Positions 48,424 through 61,180 of a stretch of 64,000 nt of DNA are shown piece by piece. The position numbers and the translations under genes are program-made. Numbering within the stretch: position 1 is the stretch's first letter; every line of letters starts with the position of its first letter. A model generated the notes under the pieces. The model did not search any database. It was not told the DNA's origin and saw only the letters and a list, made by a program, of their open reading frames with translations. The DNA is from Strigamia acuminata (Eukaryota): NCBI GenBank assembly GCA_949358305.1, contig OX442314.1:6820001-6884000 (forward strand), written 5' to 3'.

Positions 48424-48690
48424 TTTTAGGCAAAAAAAATTAATTTTAGGCCAAAAAAATTAATTTTAGGCAAAATAAAATTAATTTTAGGCCAAAAAAA
48501 AATAATTTTAGGCAAAAAAAATTAATTTTAGGCCATAAAAATTTAATTTTAGGCCAAAAAAAATTAATTTTAGGCCAAAAAAAATTAATTTTGGGCCAAA
48601 AAAAATTAATTTTAGGCCAAAAAAAATTAATTTTAGGCCAAAAAAAATTAATTTTAGGCCAAAAAAAATAATTTTAGGCAAAAAAAAATT
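48424..48690. repeat. ~21-bp minisatellite (TTAATTTTAGGCCAAAAAAAA)
   Basis: About 12 tandem copies. Confidence 0.9.
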
Positions 48691-49079
48691 GTACATTTAC
48701 ATTATATTTGTTTCGCTAATAACACAACTAAAATTTCTTTCTTCCGTCTTCAAAAACTTAACCACAATATTGAAATAACAATTTTAATAAACGTTATATT
48801 TACATTTTATTTCTACTGCTACAATATTTATATAATATTGCTTCAACGTATATTGTATTTCAGTTTAAACCATAACATTATTACTACTACACATTAGGTA
48901 CATTTCAACATTATAACCGCACTGTAATTGCCTTCTGTGTATTGTTTCAAACTGTTTATTGCAACTCCCTTAATTGATTTAAATTTAATAGCTTAATAAA
49001 TTCTCAGTCCATTGTTCAATCAACCGTTATTGGCTATAGCACAACCGGAAAGTTTTCAAACATCCAGTTTCCAAGAAAA

Positions 49080-49526
49080 ATGATGTACGCATCGATAATC
49101 GTCCTATTGAGTCTTGTCACACTTGGTAAGTTAAAAATCAATTTTAACTTTATTTTTACGATTTAAGGCCAGAAATATTCGTTTTAGGCCCAAAACGTTC
49201 GTTTTTAGGCCAAAAATGTTCGTTTTTAGGCCCAAAACGTTCGTTTTTAGGCCAAAAATGTTCGTTTTTAGGCCCAAAACGTTCGTTTTTAGGCCCAAAA
49301 CGTTCGTTTTTAGGCCAAAAATGTTCGTTTTTAGGCCAAAATACAAAATACATTAATTATCCTCATTTTAATCTATTTTTTCCAAGCCTTAACAAAGGAC
49401 AAATATTGTGGCGACAAAGGTTTAGGAGAACCAGAATGTGACAAGTACTGCAAAAAAAAAGTTGGTGCAGATAGAATTGGGGATTGTAAGAAACACGGAT
49501 TCTGTTCTTGCTTGCGTAAGAACTAG
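49080..49526 (+). CDS. Secreted CS-alpha/beta defensin / scorpion-toxin-like peptide, 61 aa; exons 49080-49125, 49387-49526
   Basis: MMYASIIVLLSLVTLA-LTKDKYCGDKGLGEPECDKYCKKKVGADRIGDCKKHGFCSCLRKN*; hydrophobic signal peptide, C-x9-C-x3-C-x9-GxC-x5-CxC, phase-1 GTAAGT...CAAG intron, AATAAA at 49667. Confidence 0.85.
49165..49340. repeat. 21-bp minisatellite in the defensin-like gene intron
   Basis: GTTCGTTTTTAGGCCCAAAAC, about 8 copies. Confidence 0.9.
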
Positions 49527-49865
49527 AAACTAACTACTTTTATAAAATTCGCATAATTGGTGTCAAAAAATTCCGTTTAATATTCTGGAGCCTTGTTAAA
49601 ATGACCAACCTCCAACAAATGTGAGCTTCTTTAATTCTTGCAGGATAAAAGCCCCAAATTCAAAAAAATAAAAGATATACTAAAATCTTAGCAAACATTC
49701 TTTGAACATTTTTCAAATTATTGTCCCAAAAAAGAGTTAGACGTGAGACCCAGGCCATATGCCGCTCACGAATTAAGACAAAGCCATTATTATGGGACAT
49801 CTTCAACGCTGTTTAAAAAGTTTATTTAATATATATATATATTTATGTTAATGTAACAACAATAG

Positions 49866-50014
49866 ATCCACCAAAAGGAGCAGCAGCACCAGCAGCACCA
49901 GCAGGAAAGGCAGGAGGCAAAGCGCCTGCAAAGGGAAAAGCTACGACAGCGGCACCTGCTGCAGAGGCAGCTGCTGCAACCGAAGCAGCAGCTACTGATG
50001 CGCCTGATTCGTAG
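49866..50014 (+). CDS. Orphan terminal exon encoding an Ala/Pro/Gly/Lys/Thr-rich peptide
   Basis: After AATAG: (D)PPKGAAAPAAPAGKAGGKAPAKGKATTAAPAAEAAAATEAAATDAPDS*; GC-rich codon-like island, AATAAA at 50086. Confidence 0.5.
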
Positions 50015-50480
50015 TATTAGGTTAGCACGCATTCTAAAAGAAACAAAAAATAACAAATATGATGATGTCGAAGAAATCTAATTTAAATAAAAGTAGAATT
50101 CAAAAACATACAGTTTATATCTATTTTTTTTTACAAACTCACACCAATGCACACAAGAATTTGCGGCGATCCGGCTATTCTATTGTGGTGATCTCGAATT
50201 GTTTCACCACTTAGGAAGTAAATGTGAAATGTCGCAGGTCGAATTTATACTTTGTATATTTTAAAACTGGTTACAATTTGTTGAGATTATTTGTGGATGT
50301 TGTCGTTTGCATTAGATTAGGAAGGGATCGAGAAAGAACACATGTATTGCATTTGCATGTAAAACAGGAAGTAAGATTTATTCTATCTTTAGTTTACATA
50401 TAATCAGTCAAATTAACATAAACGCCACCTGACGGTGACGCACCAAACAAATACCGCCAACACTCCTACTGTTTGGTGTG

Positions 50481-53400
50481 TTACTCGAGTCCCATCTGCG
50501 TGATGCATCTATTGTGTTTTTCACGGTTGAGACTCTTGGTTAAAACATCGCCTATCATCCGGTCTGTTCCGATGAATTCGACTTCAACCATTTTGTTCTC
50601 GATGGTCTCGCGGATGAAATGGTGTTTGATATCTATGTGTTTGGTTCTTGCATGGAACACAGCGTTTTTCCCAAATTTTATCGAGCTCTGATTGTCGTGG
50701 TAAATTTTTAGGGGCTTTGGAGTCTTCGAGAGGTGCAGTTCATCCACTGCAGTTTTTAGCCAAATTGCCTCCTGCGCTGCCATGGTTAGCGCCATATATT
50801 CTGCTTCTGTGGTGGAGGTGGCTACAGTTGGCTGTTTCTTGCTGCTCCAACTTATCGCTCCGCTATTGGACAGGAAAACATATCCTGTTGTGGATCTCCT
50901 AGTGTCGAGGCATCCAGCGTGGTCTGCATCGGTAAAACCAATGATTTCTGTTGGGTTTCCCGCGATGTATTTTAACTTCATGTCGACAGTTCCCTTCAAG
51001 TAGCGCATAATCTGCTTCACTGCGGTCCAGTGTTCCTTCCCGGGGTTGGCATTGTACCTGCTGACGACTCCCACTGCATGTGCAATGTCGGGCCTTGTAG
51101 CCTGGGCCGCGTACAGCAAGCACCCCACTGCTGCTTGATACGGTACTTCGAGCATTTCGTTTCGTTCGTATTCATTTTTCGGCTCCATGGATTTTCGCAA
51201 TTTTATACTTGGGTCCATTGGTGTCGAGGCTGGTTTTCCATTGTCCATACCGAATCGTTTGAGCACGTCCCAAATGTATTTTGTCTGATCAAGCGCAATT
51301 TCTTTTGTCAGCCGGTTTCTACTGATGCGGATTCCGAGGCAGAAGTGGGCTTCACCCAAGTCCTTCATGTGGAATTGTGACATCAGCTCATCCTTCAGCC
51401 ATTTTTTGAGATTTCGATCGGCTGAAAAGATCAATAAATCGTCAACATAAATGGCAACAATGATAATTTTTTTGTTTCTCCAAATGTAGTAGACACAGTA
51501 ATCGAAATTTGCACGTTTCAGTCCGATTTTCTTCAAGCCCGCATCGAGTAGGGTATACCACGCCCGCCCAGCCTGTTTTAGTCCATACAGGGCTTTTATC
51601 AGCCGGCACACTTTATTTGCGTCTACCCCTGGTTGCACAAAACCTTGCGGTTGTTTCATGAAAATCTCCTCTTTGAGCTCGCCATGCAGGAACGCTGTAA
51701 TGGCATCCATCTGGTCTATGTCCCAATTGTTCGCTGCTGCTGCAGCTATTAGCATACGTAACGTCATGTATTTGACGACGGGAGAAAAAGTCTCATCATA
51801 ATCGATCCCATCAATCTGCGAGCACCCTCGCGCCACCAATCTTGCCTTATAACGCTCGAGACCGCCGTCAGCAGTGGTCTTAACACAATAAACCCATTTG
51901 CAAGTCACTGGTTTTCGTCCCGGGGGAAGGTCAACAAGCTCCCACGTTCCGCATTGTTGTAGTGAGCAGTATTCTTCTTCCATCGCTTTTTGCCATTCAG
52001 CTGCATCGTCTCGTTTCAGCGCTTCAGTGTAGGATTTCAGATCATCGCCAACATCTAGGTACGCCATGTACACCACGTAGTCGTCATATTTATCTGGGAA
52101 ACGCTTTTCACGTTGCGGTCGTCCATTTTGAATTTCCAAATTTTCTGGTGGTGGACTCTGCGCATCGTCTCGATCATCATTGTTCTCCACTACGGTGTCT
52201 TCTATCGTGGCCGTAATTCGTTGTGTGGCTGCGTCAGGGGGCTCTGTATTTTTGATTTCCGTAGGCGTTGTGGTGTGCGCATCATTTGGTATCGTCTCCG
52301 GGGATTCATCTGGAAAGGAAATAAAAGGTTGGTTAGTTTTGGAGTCTAAGTGTTCGCCACTCTTCATGTCATTTTCGTTAAAAACGACATCGCGGGAAAT
52401 GGTAACGCGTTTCGTAGCGGTGTTGATCAGTCGGTAGCCTTTGCACTCGTCGCTGTACCCCACAAACATCAATTTTTCAGATTTCGCATCCCACTTCTTC
52501 CGCTTTTCCTTTGGAATGTGCGAAAATGCCGCACAACCAAACACTCTCAAAATGTCCAAGTTCGGTTTTATTCCAGTCCACGCTTCCTCCGGTGTCATGT
52601 TTGATACTGCAATCGTCGGCGATCGATTTTTCAGGAAATTCGCAGTCAAAATTGCCTCTCCCCAATATTCGTTATGCAGGGAAGCTTCCTGAATCATCGC
52701 CCGCGCTTTTTCCACAAGCGTCCTGTTCGTCCGCTCTGAGACGCCATTTTGTTCCGCTGCATACGGCATGGTTAATTGGTGCACAATACCAGCTTGCTTC
52801 AGATACTGCCGCATCAATTCGTTTACATATTCCGTCCCGTTGTCAGTTCTCAGCATCTTAATTTCGCATCCGGTTTGTTTCTCTGCGAACGCTCAAAATA
52901 TTTTGAAGTTTCCAAATACCTCGATTTTTTCTTTCAAGATGTAGATAAACGATTTTCTAGTGAGGTCATCGATGAAGGTGAGGAAATATCTCGCCCCGCC
53001 GATTGATTTCACGTTCATTGGGCCGCACAGGTCCGAGTGGACGAGGCCGAGTTTTTCTTTTGCTCGCTCCACTTTTCGTTTTGGGAATGGTGTTCTGTGT
53101 TGTTTCCCTTTAATGCAAGAAACACACAATTCTTTTTGCACACTCGAATCACATTTGAAGCCCTCAACCATGTCGTTTAGGCGCTTCATTCCGCTATAAC
53201 TCAGATGACCGATTCGTTTGTGTAACAGTTCTTGCGACGGTTTTGAAAGTCGAACGGAATTTGCCCATTCTTTAACAGTGTCCAATCGATAGAGTCTGTC
53301 TGCACCCGTTGGCCTAGTAGCCACAATTAAACGATCCATTTTATCTCGTACAGTGCACACACCGCCCTCAAATGTCAGTTTTAGTCCAACAGATTCTAAT

Positions 53401-54259
53401 TCCCGAACAGATATTAAATTCATGTGCAGGCCTGGCACGTAAAACACATTTGGGATCTCAATTTCCTCTTGGCCCTTTTTGCCAGCACGCACGAAAACAC
53501 TGACAGTCCCCACACCGATAGCTTTTAATTTTCCCCCATCGGCAGTGTTAACATTTATTTCTGGCACACTTTTGAATGTCTTGAACAATTCACGAGATGG
53601 AGTCATATGGTAGCTCCCGAGTCCATGATCCAATCGTCGCTGAACGCATGCACATTTAAAACGCTCATGTGCACCATCGCTGCGCCAAGCACCTTCTTGT
53701 TCGGTTGGGAGACATCCTTCTTATCGCTCTTGCTCCAACAATCTGCCGCCCGATGGCCAGGTTTGCCGCATTTGTTGCACGTCCCCTTGAAACGCGCCTT
53801 CTGCTTGTTATGTCCGCCGGAAAACGCACCAAAAGCTGAGTCAGTCGAGCTGGATTCGGTTCTGGATGCTTCTCTTAGCAGTCGGGACTTGACGGAGTCC
53901 GCCGTGATTTTGGCCTCGCAATTTTCGATCGCCATTATCATCGGTTTGAATGTGTCGGGCAGTGATGCGAGCAGGAATGCTGCAAGCAGTCCGTCATCAA
54001 TCCCGGCACCGACGTCCTTCAATTGTTGCGCAAGTGTTGTTTTCTTCCTGATGTAGTCGGCCATGTCTTTGCAGTCGGAGTACCGCACATTGATCAAATC
54101 TGTCAACAATGTAACCTTGTTAGAAAAAGTTTTACTTTCATACAGCGAGGCCAGATGTTTCCAAACATCCGCCACTTTCTTGTGGGATCTCAATTCAGAG
54201 TAGATTTTCGGATCTACAGACAGTCCAATTGTCGCTAGAGCTTTCTTGCTCTTTTTCAC
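50481..54259 (-). pseudogene. Copia gag-pol broken into three ORFs by frameshifts
   Basis: CNKCGKPGHRAADC knuckle, WIMDSGA protease, HKRIGH..CVSC, HSDLCGP/TDNGTEY/SERTNR integrase, YVDD RT, TDAD/SKKQ RNase H. Confidence 0.93.
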
Positions 54260-54522
54260 GATTTTCGCCCGAATTTGCCGATTTTCGTTCGATTTTGTCG
54301 ATTCTCGTCCAATTTTCGTCCGATTGTCGATTTTGTCGAATGTTCGTTTGATTCACGTCCAATTTACGTCCAATTTTCGTCCGAAATTTGTTTGATTGAC
54401 GTCCGAATCGTTCAGCAATCGTTCCGCGCGCACGTGTCGACTTCTGCCAGTTTTTCTCGAAAAAACTTCCAAAAAACGCAAAAAACTCCTAGTCTTTGGT
54501 CAAAAGCAAACTACTAGAGTAA

Positions 54523-54536
54523 CTGGGCCCATAACC
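54523..54536 (-). promoter_or_regulatory. Copia PBS complementary to an internal part of initiator tRNA-Met
   Basis: GGTTATGGGCCCAG directly after the 5' LTR, the half-tRNA PBS known from Drosophila copia. Confidence 0.85.
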
Positions 54537-54972
54537 TGTTGAGATTATTTGTGGATGTTGTCGTTTGCATTAGATTAGGAAGGGATCGAGAAAGAACACA
54601 TGTATTGCATTTGCATGTAAAACAGGAAGTAAGATTTATTCTATCTTTAGTTTACATATAATCAGTCAAATTAACATAAACGCCACCTGACGGTGACGCA
54701 CCAAACATATACCGCCAACACAATTACTATTTTTGCTGGTTTGACTGCTGCTCGAAATAAGACATGTTTTAAGGTTGAAAACAAGTTTATTGTGTCTAAA
54801 ATATTTGGGGTCTACAGAACTAAAATCAGGCTAAACAAGGTCAAACTTTCCACATCTGGACACACGTCACACCCTCATAAAAGTGTCACTTGCTCATAAA
54901 AGTATTCCCTCAATGTTGAAAACTCTCCTAACCTGTTGCAAACCCACCCTACTCTAACTAAAACTCCAGTTT

Positions 54973-57900
54973 TTACACTGGGGGCGGAGTGGTTACATCA
55001 CTCGATTCGTCTTCGTGCGATTCTAACATGCACAATCTCTGAACTGGTCTACGCAAATTTTTCCCAACTGGTAACTTTAACTCGCAAGTCCTAACACGAC
55101 CGTCTCGTCCTCGAAAAATTTCTACGACACGACCGATCTTCCAAGTCATCCTTGGCTGGTTCAATTCCTCAATGAGGACTACGTCTCCGACTCGTACCTC
55201 ACGTGCATCAATCTTCTTCTGATTATGGACTCGTAATTCGGTGAGATACTCGTGTCTCCACCGATTCCATAAATGTCCTATCTTCTGTTGGCGTGACTTC
55301 CATCGCTTTAACAATGTGACTTGTGATGATGGAAGACTTGAATTTATTTTTTTGCTTGGGTCTGGCAAATTACCGCTTCTCTTCCCAATCATAAAATGAG
55401 ATGGAGTCAAGGGCTGGATGTCTTCTCCTTCTGTATAGACGTACGTGATAGGCCGAGAATTAATGCACGACTCAATTTCTGCTAAAATTGTTATTAATTC
55501 CTCAAAATCTAATGACGCCCTGCCTAAAACTTTCTTTAAACTCATTTTAGTGGACTTTACCATCCTTTCCCAGAAACCCCCCTACCAGGGAGCACGTTCT
55601 ACAATGAATCGCCATTTTATATTTAAATTACTCGAAAATCCCTGCATCTGTTCTCCTTGAATGGCATTTAAAAGAGCACTTAATTCCTTCTCAGTCCGTT
55701 TAAATGTGAGTGCATTATCTAAATAAATTATTGAAGCGACTCCTCTTCTTGCAAAGAATCGCTTCAAAGCTAAAATGAACTTCTCTGTGTTCATACTTGT
55801 CACTAACTCTAAATGTACCGCTCTAATCACGGCACAGGTAAAAACGACGATGTAACTCTTTTCGCCGTTGCGTTGATAAAGCGGTCCCGCAAAATCGATT
55901 CCAACCACTTGGAATGGCTCAGCCTGGGTGACTCGGTCTGGGGGCAGTGAAGCTTCTAACTGATGCACGTTTTGTCCCTGCACACGTTTACAGATGAAAC
56001 AATGTCTCAAAATGTCCTTCACGGTTCTATGCAACTTGGGCATCCAATATTTCTGGCGTATTTCGGACAACATCTCTCCCAAACCTCCATGGAAAACTCT
56101 ACTATGGGACTCTAAAATGATTAATTTTGTCAAAAAATGATTAGACACTAAAATGCACGAATTTTTTCAATCGCTGTCACCGCTCGCCCACTGAATTCTC
56201 GTGTTCAGTCGCATCACATCATTACTGTACAAATGACCCGATACATTATTCAGTGGTGAATTATGGTCAAAACTCTGATGGTTTTTTATGGCAGCTATTT
56301 CTTTTGAATAATATTTTTGTTGCATTACTCGAATCCAATAAGTCTCTGCATCTGCCATCTCTTCTGTAGTCAAAGGAGTCCCGTCTCTAATACGCAATCT
56401 CGTATTGTTGATGAAACGTTTTATCCACCCTGTGACACGCAAAAGTTTCCTCCAACTGCCGTATCTCGAAGGTTCGTTCATCAGCTGCCAGTCTGGAACC
56501 ACGATTGTCGCCACAAAATATTCCTCAGACTCGATGTCATCGTCAACCATGTCTGTGGAATTGCTTGGCCACTTGCTTTCGTCTTTGATAAGCCACTCGG
56601 GACCCTTCTACCATGCGTCTGCTTGAATTAACTTTTCTGCGTTGATTCCACGCGTCAGAAGGTCTGCCGGATTTTGAATCCCTGGACAATGTCGCCAACT
56701 CGCAAAGGGTACATGTAACTGTATCTCGTCCACTCTTCTTGCGACGAACGGAATGGCATTTTTCTTTTCATTCAGCCAACACATCACGATGGTGGAATCA
56801 ATCCATGCTCTGACTTTTGCGGTCGAAAATTGCTTTAATCTGTGAGCGACTCGGGCTAGAAGCAAGGCACCCATCCATTCGAGTCGTGGCAACGTCAATG
56901 TCTTTATTGGAGCAATTCTAGATTTAGAAAGAATAAAAAATGTGTTAACTCTTCCATCTGAGTGACGTACACGATTGTACACCACTACCCCATAAGCTAA
57001 GGGGCTCGCATCACAAAAAAGGTAAATTTCGCTGTCGTCTGAACTCGAATCCAAACCAAAATGTCGTGGCACTCGGATTTTCTCTAGTAATGGCAGTTGT
57101 GCTTTCTAACTTTTCCATGAACCGACCAGTTCTTGTGGTAGGCGATCTTCCCACCCTATTTGTTGTTTCCACAGCTGCTGGAACAGTAACTTTCCTGTGA
57201 CTGTGAATGGCGATGCAAACCCCAATGGGTCGAAGATTTGCGCAACTAGTTGAATGACCTGTCTTTTGGTGATTGACTCCTGTGTTAAAGTTATTTTTAT
57301 GTCTTCAAACTCAAGTGACAAATCGTCTCGGTCGCCATTCCACTTCAGTCCCAGCACCTTCTGCTCGCTGTCGATCACTGCCTCTGCATGGTCGTCTGCA
57401 AACTGTTTTTGAAGTAATTTGGAATTACTATACCACTTAACCAGTTCCATATTCGCTTCACGCATAATGGTTGACACCGTCTTATAATTCTCAATCGCCT
57501 CTTCTTCCGTCGTCACACTGTCGAGACTATCGTCTATAAAAAAATACGTAGAAACGTCGCATCAATTTTGCAATCAATTTGGGCCATTGTTGCTCGTATC
57601 GCTCAAGATGATGTTGAATTGTTCCATTCAGCAAGTATGGACTTGGAGAAGCTCCAAACAGAAGTCGAGTCTGTTGGAGAATTTCCAGTTTGATTGGTCC
57701 TTTCACGTCCCAACCGTCAGCAATCCAAAGGAAACGTACTGCGTCACGATCTTCTAAATGTAACAGGATCTGGTGAAATGCCTGCTTAATGTCACTTATT
57801 ATTGCAATGATAAATTGTCTGAAAAAAAGCAATGCATTAATCAATTCTGGCAATAAGTTCGGTCCGGTGAACAAACAGTCGTTCAAGGAACGACTCTTCT

Positions 57901-60190
57901 GTGCATGAGAGGAGGCGTCGTACACAATTCGCAGTTTGGTGGTGCTACGACGTTCTCGTATTACTGGTCTGTGTGGCAAATAGTAACAGCCACTCTGGTC
58001 ACTGATTTCTGGAGCTGTCTCGATAATCCCATCTGTTTTTTAATCGTCCAAAACCTTTTGATATTGATAATATAATTCTGGTTCCTTCTTAAATTTGCGT
58101 ACGAGGTTCTACAAACGTCGCAACGCAATCTGATAATTGTTGTCCAATTCCGTTTTTTCCATCAGCCACGGCAATCGAACTTCGTATCAACTTCCTGTCC
58201 AGTTGATGGATTCCTTGAATTTGACTTCGGCTTGGCTGTGTTTGTCTTGCGCATCTGTGAGGGTCTCATGGAGAATGCCTACAACTTCTAATTCCCAAAA
58301 CTGGCGCAAGAGCTGGTCTAGTCGGTCTTCGTACCGCACGAGATGGACTTGTATCGCCTGTTGTCTGTCTATTGCTTCTTGGCTAGGGATTCCACCGTGG
58401 AGTGTCCAACCGAGTGAAGTATTTAGACACATTAAATTCTCACCCAATTGTCTGGACTCTCCGGTCACAATGCGCCAAAATTGGTCTGCCCCAATCAAAA
58501 CGGATACTTCATTGTGTGGTGTTGACATCTGGTCAATGTTCAGTCGAATGTTATGTTGTTTTAACATCTTTCTCATGTTCGAACCGGACTGTTTGACGAC
58601 CGAATTGGTGATCCACGGCACTTCAATCAGTTCTAAATCAAAATAATTGTCATGATTATCCAAATTTTGCAATGTGACCTTCACTCTTCGACATTGCACG
58701 GCTCTAGCTTCTGAGTCGCTAAATCCAGAAATCTGCATCATCTGGTCCCCACGACTTGGGCTTCAAGATCTGTCACTAATTTTTGACTGATGAAGGAACG
58801 GTGGCTTCCGCCGTTGAAAAGGCACTGGAGGGTTTTCATTTTGCTCTCTGACTCCACGTTGACCATCAGGACCTGTAAAAACAAATCACTGTTTTCGGCT
58901 GTGATTGCTGCAGCAGTGACGGTTGATTCGATCACAGCTTCTGTTTTGGCTGCTGGTCCCTCACACAACAAAATGTGGTGAAAGCGTTCGCAATTAACGC
59001 ATTTCTCCTTCTTTGGACAGCTACGGGCCATATGCTTACTACCCAAGCATCGGAAACACTTCCGCATCGCCAAGCATTTCTTCAATCGATCCTGAATGGA
59101 GAGTGGGCAGTCCTCTTTTTTGTGCGACACCTCATCGCAAAAAACGCAACTTGATGACGAGATGCTGGTGGTCAGTGAGCTCGCTGACGTCGGTTTTTCG
59201 TTTCTAGTTGACTTCTTGCTGTTGACAAACGTCTTCGAGACGTGCTTGTCGCCCTCCTTCGGTCCATTTTGATTGTTTACCGCTGAGTACTGCTCTCGAA
59301 GCTCCAGTTCGGATCTAGAAAACTCAAGAAAAGCTTTAATGTCATGAGTATTATCGGCATTTTTCCTTGAGAAATCTAATGCAATAACATCCGGTACTGC
59401 AGCTCTTAACAGCAGGCTAAAAATCACTCCAAATGTGGATGTTGGCACTTCTTCATTTTCGAGACTTCTTATGTGTTGCTCACACGTATCATAAAGTTTT
59501 CGCAATTTAACAAAGTCATTAAGTCGTTTGACTGGTTCGAGTTTCATCAGGGTGTGCAAATGTGCATTTATTATCACGTCTTTTCGTCCAAATCGATTTT
59601 GGAGAAGTGTAATGGCTGCCACATAATTCTCGTTGCTGATTTTCAGTCCCTGAATCACTGCTGCTGCTGTTCCCTCGAGCACTGAATTGAGGTAAACAAA
59701 TTTGGCCTTGGCTGTGAGTGAAGTGTTTCCGTGTACACTTAACTCAAAATTTGACCAAAACTGACTCCATTCGATTGGGTTGCCGTCGAATTTAGACATT
59801 TCTAACTTGGGTAGTCGCACTGATCCGTCGCTGGAACCGTGACTCGATCCTCCGCCATTTTGTACGAGTGGATTAGGAGCTGGGAGTACGGGCGTTAACA
59901 ATGCTTCTAATTTAATGTCTATATCGGAAATGGCATCTATTATTTTTTCTCTGTATTGTTCGTTCTCTCCTTCTTCAATTTCCAACTCCTCACGCACGAC
60001 AATGTGTTGTTGAATTTTCTCGTCGAGTTCGCACAACAATTCACTTTTCGCCGATAATTGATTTTTCAACTTACGTATTGCGGCAACATCTGGTTGTAAC
60101 GCGGCTGTGGCTAGAGCGATGGACTGCATGATGCGATCGACGCCACTTCGTGCTGTTTTTTGCTGAGTCTTGAGACGTGTCACTCGCTCA
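54973..60190 (-). pseudogene. BEL/Pao gag-pol fragmented into at least 8 ORFs
   Basis: VRLPKLEMSKFDGNPIEW (DUF1759-type), tandem Zn knuckles, LPHRPV..STTKLRIVYDAS RT, IFDPLG, FCDAS..KSRIAP..TLPRLE, HCPG..NPAD, GIDFAGP integrase, PLTPSHF..W..W..EYL C-terminus. Confidence 0.93.
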
Positions 60191-61180
60191 TAAAAGTATC
60201 CCCTCAATGTTGAAAACTCTCCTGTTGCAAACCCACCCTACTCTAACTAAAACTCCAGTCTTTACAGTAAATATTATTTATTTCCTAATTAATTTGGCTT
60301 GGCACACGCCAAGTCAGATCATGTGACCAAGGGGAGAAATCTTCCCTAGGCACATATCACCTCAGGTTGGCTGGGGTGAAAACGGCGATTAGCCGTTATG
60401 GTGCAATAATCCTTTGTTGCACCAGTTTTAGCTAATTGCGCAGAATATCTGCGCAATATTGAAGCGTGCCGGGCTCGCGCCCTTGCTTCAATCAGGACTC
60501 TGAAATATACAACACAACCCTCAACATCACTGCTTTTTGCTCCTAAACAAAAGTATTGACAGAGGACCGTGTGACCAAGCTTACTTCGTGCAACACCGTA
60601 CGAAGCCAGCTATCCGTGTAAATCAACCGCCGTTGATTTCCGTATTCGAAGTAGAAGTTACCGCTCAACGTAAACCATCGCCTCGGCAAGTTTGCGAACA
60701 CCTGCCAACGCCATCGTACGCTGACCGGACGCCTACCCGACGTGAACCACCGCCTTGTGCCATCGTACGATCGAGTGGAAGAACTCGCGAGAACCATCGT
60801 CGCTCGCCCGATCATCGTTCGTGAGTTTAACGGAAGACTACCGTCTTCAAACAACTTCGTGTTGTTAAGCTCCATTTTAGTGCTTTTGGCTTGCAACAGT
60901 CATTGCAAGCATTTCCATTGTTCCTTCATAATATTTCGCAACTTGTCGCTTTTGTTATTATTGTATCATTATAACTAGTCATTTTTATTGTATTTTTAAC
61001 CGAATAAAAAGTGTGCATTTGAATTGATAAAACTGACTTTTATTTTCCATAAATTAACCCTAGATAATTTAAGGTTGCGATATAAGTCTCAAGTAGCATT
61101 CACCTGCGGTAACTCATGCTTTATTACTAGAATTTAGTGTGATACTATTTAATATTCAAGAGGAATAAGTAAATAATCAC

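Larger units (their letters stand above)
50279..54720 (-). mobile_element. Ty1/copia LTR retrotransposon
   Basis: 184-bp LTRs (50279-50462, 54537-54720; one mismatch seen), 5-bp TSD CAATT, PR-IN-RT-RH order, PPT AGTAGGAG. Confidence 0.96.
50223..60266 (-). mobile_element. BEL/Pao LTR retrotransposon, degenerate
   Basis: TG...CA ends, 5-bp TSD GTAAA (50218-50222, 60267-60271); 3' LTR 50223-50278 + 54726-54977; 5' LTR remnant ~60177-60266. Confidence 0.92.
50184..61144 (+). mobile_element. Solo gypsy LTR related to the 959-bp LTR, split by a BEL insertion (50184-50222 + 60272-61144)
   Basis: Starts TGTGGTGATCTC and resumes with GGCACACGCCAAGTCAGATCATGTGACC...CATTCACCTGCGGT, colinear with 14364-15300; flanked by CTAT on both sides. 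Confidence 0.85.

Noticed and set aside
49826..50056. Cys-rich minus-strand ORF
   Set aside because: Antisense shadow of the GCA-rich Ala-coding exon on the plus strand.
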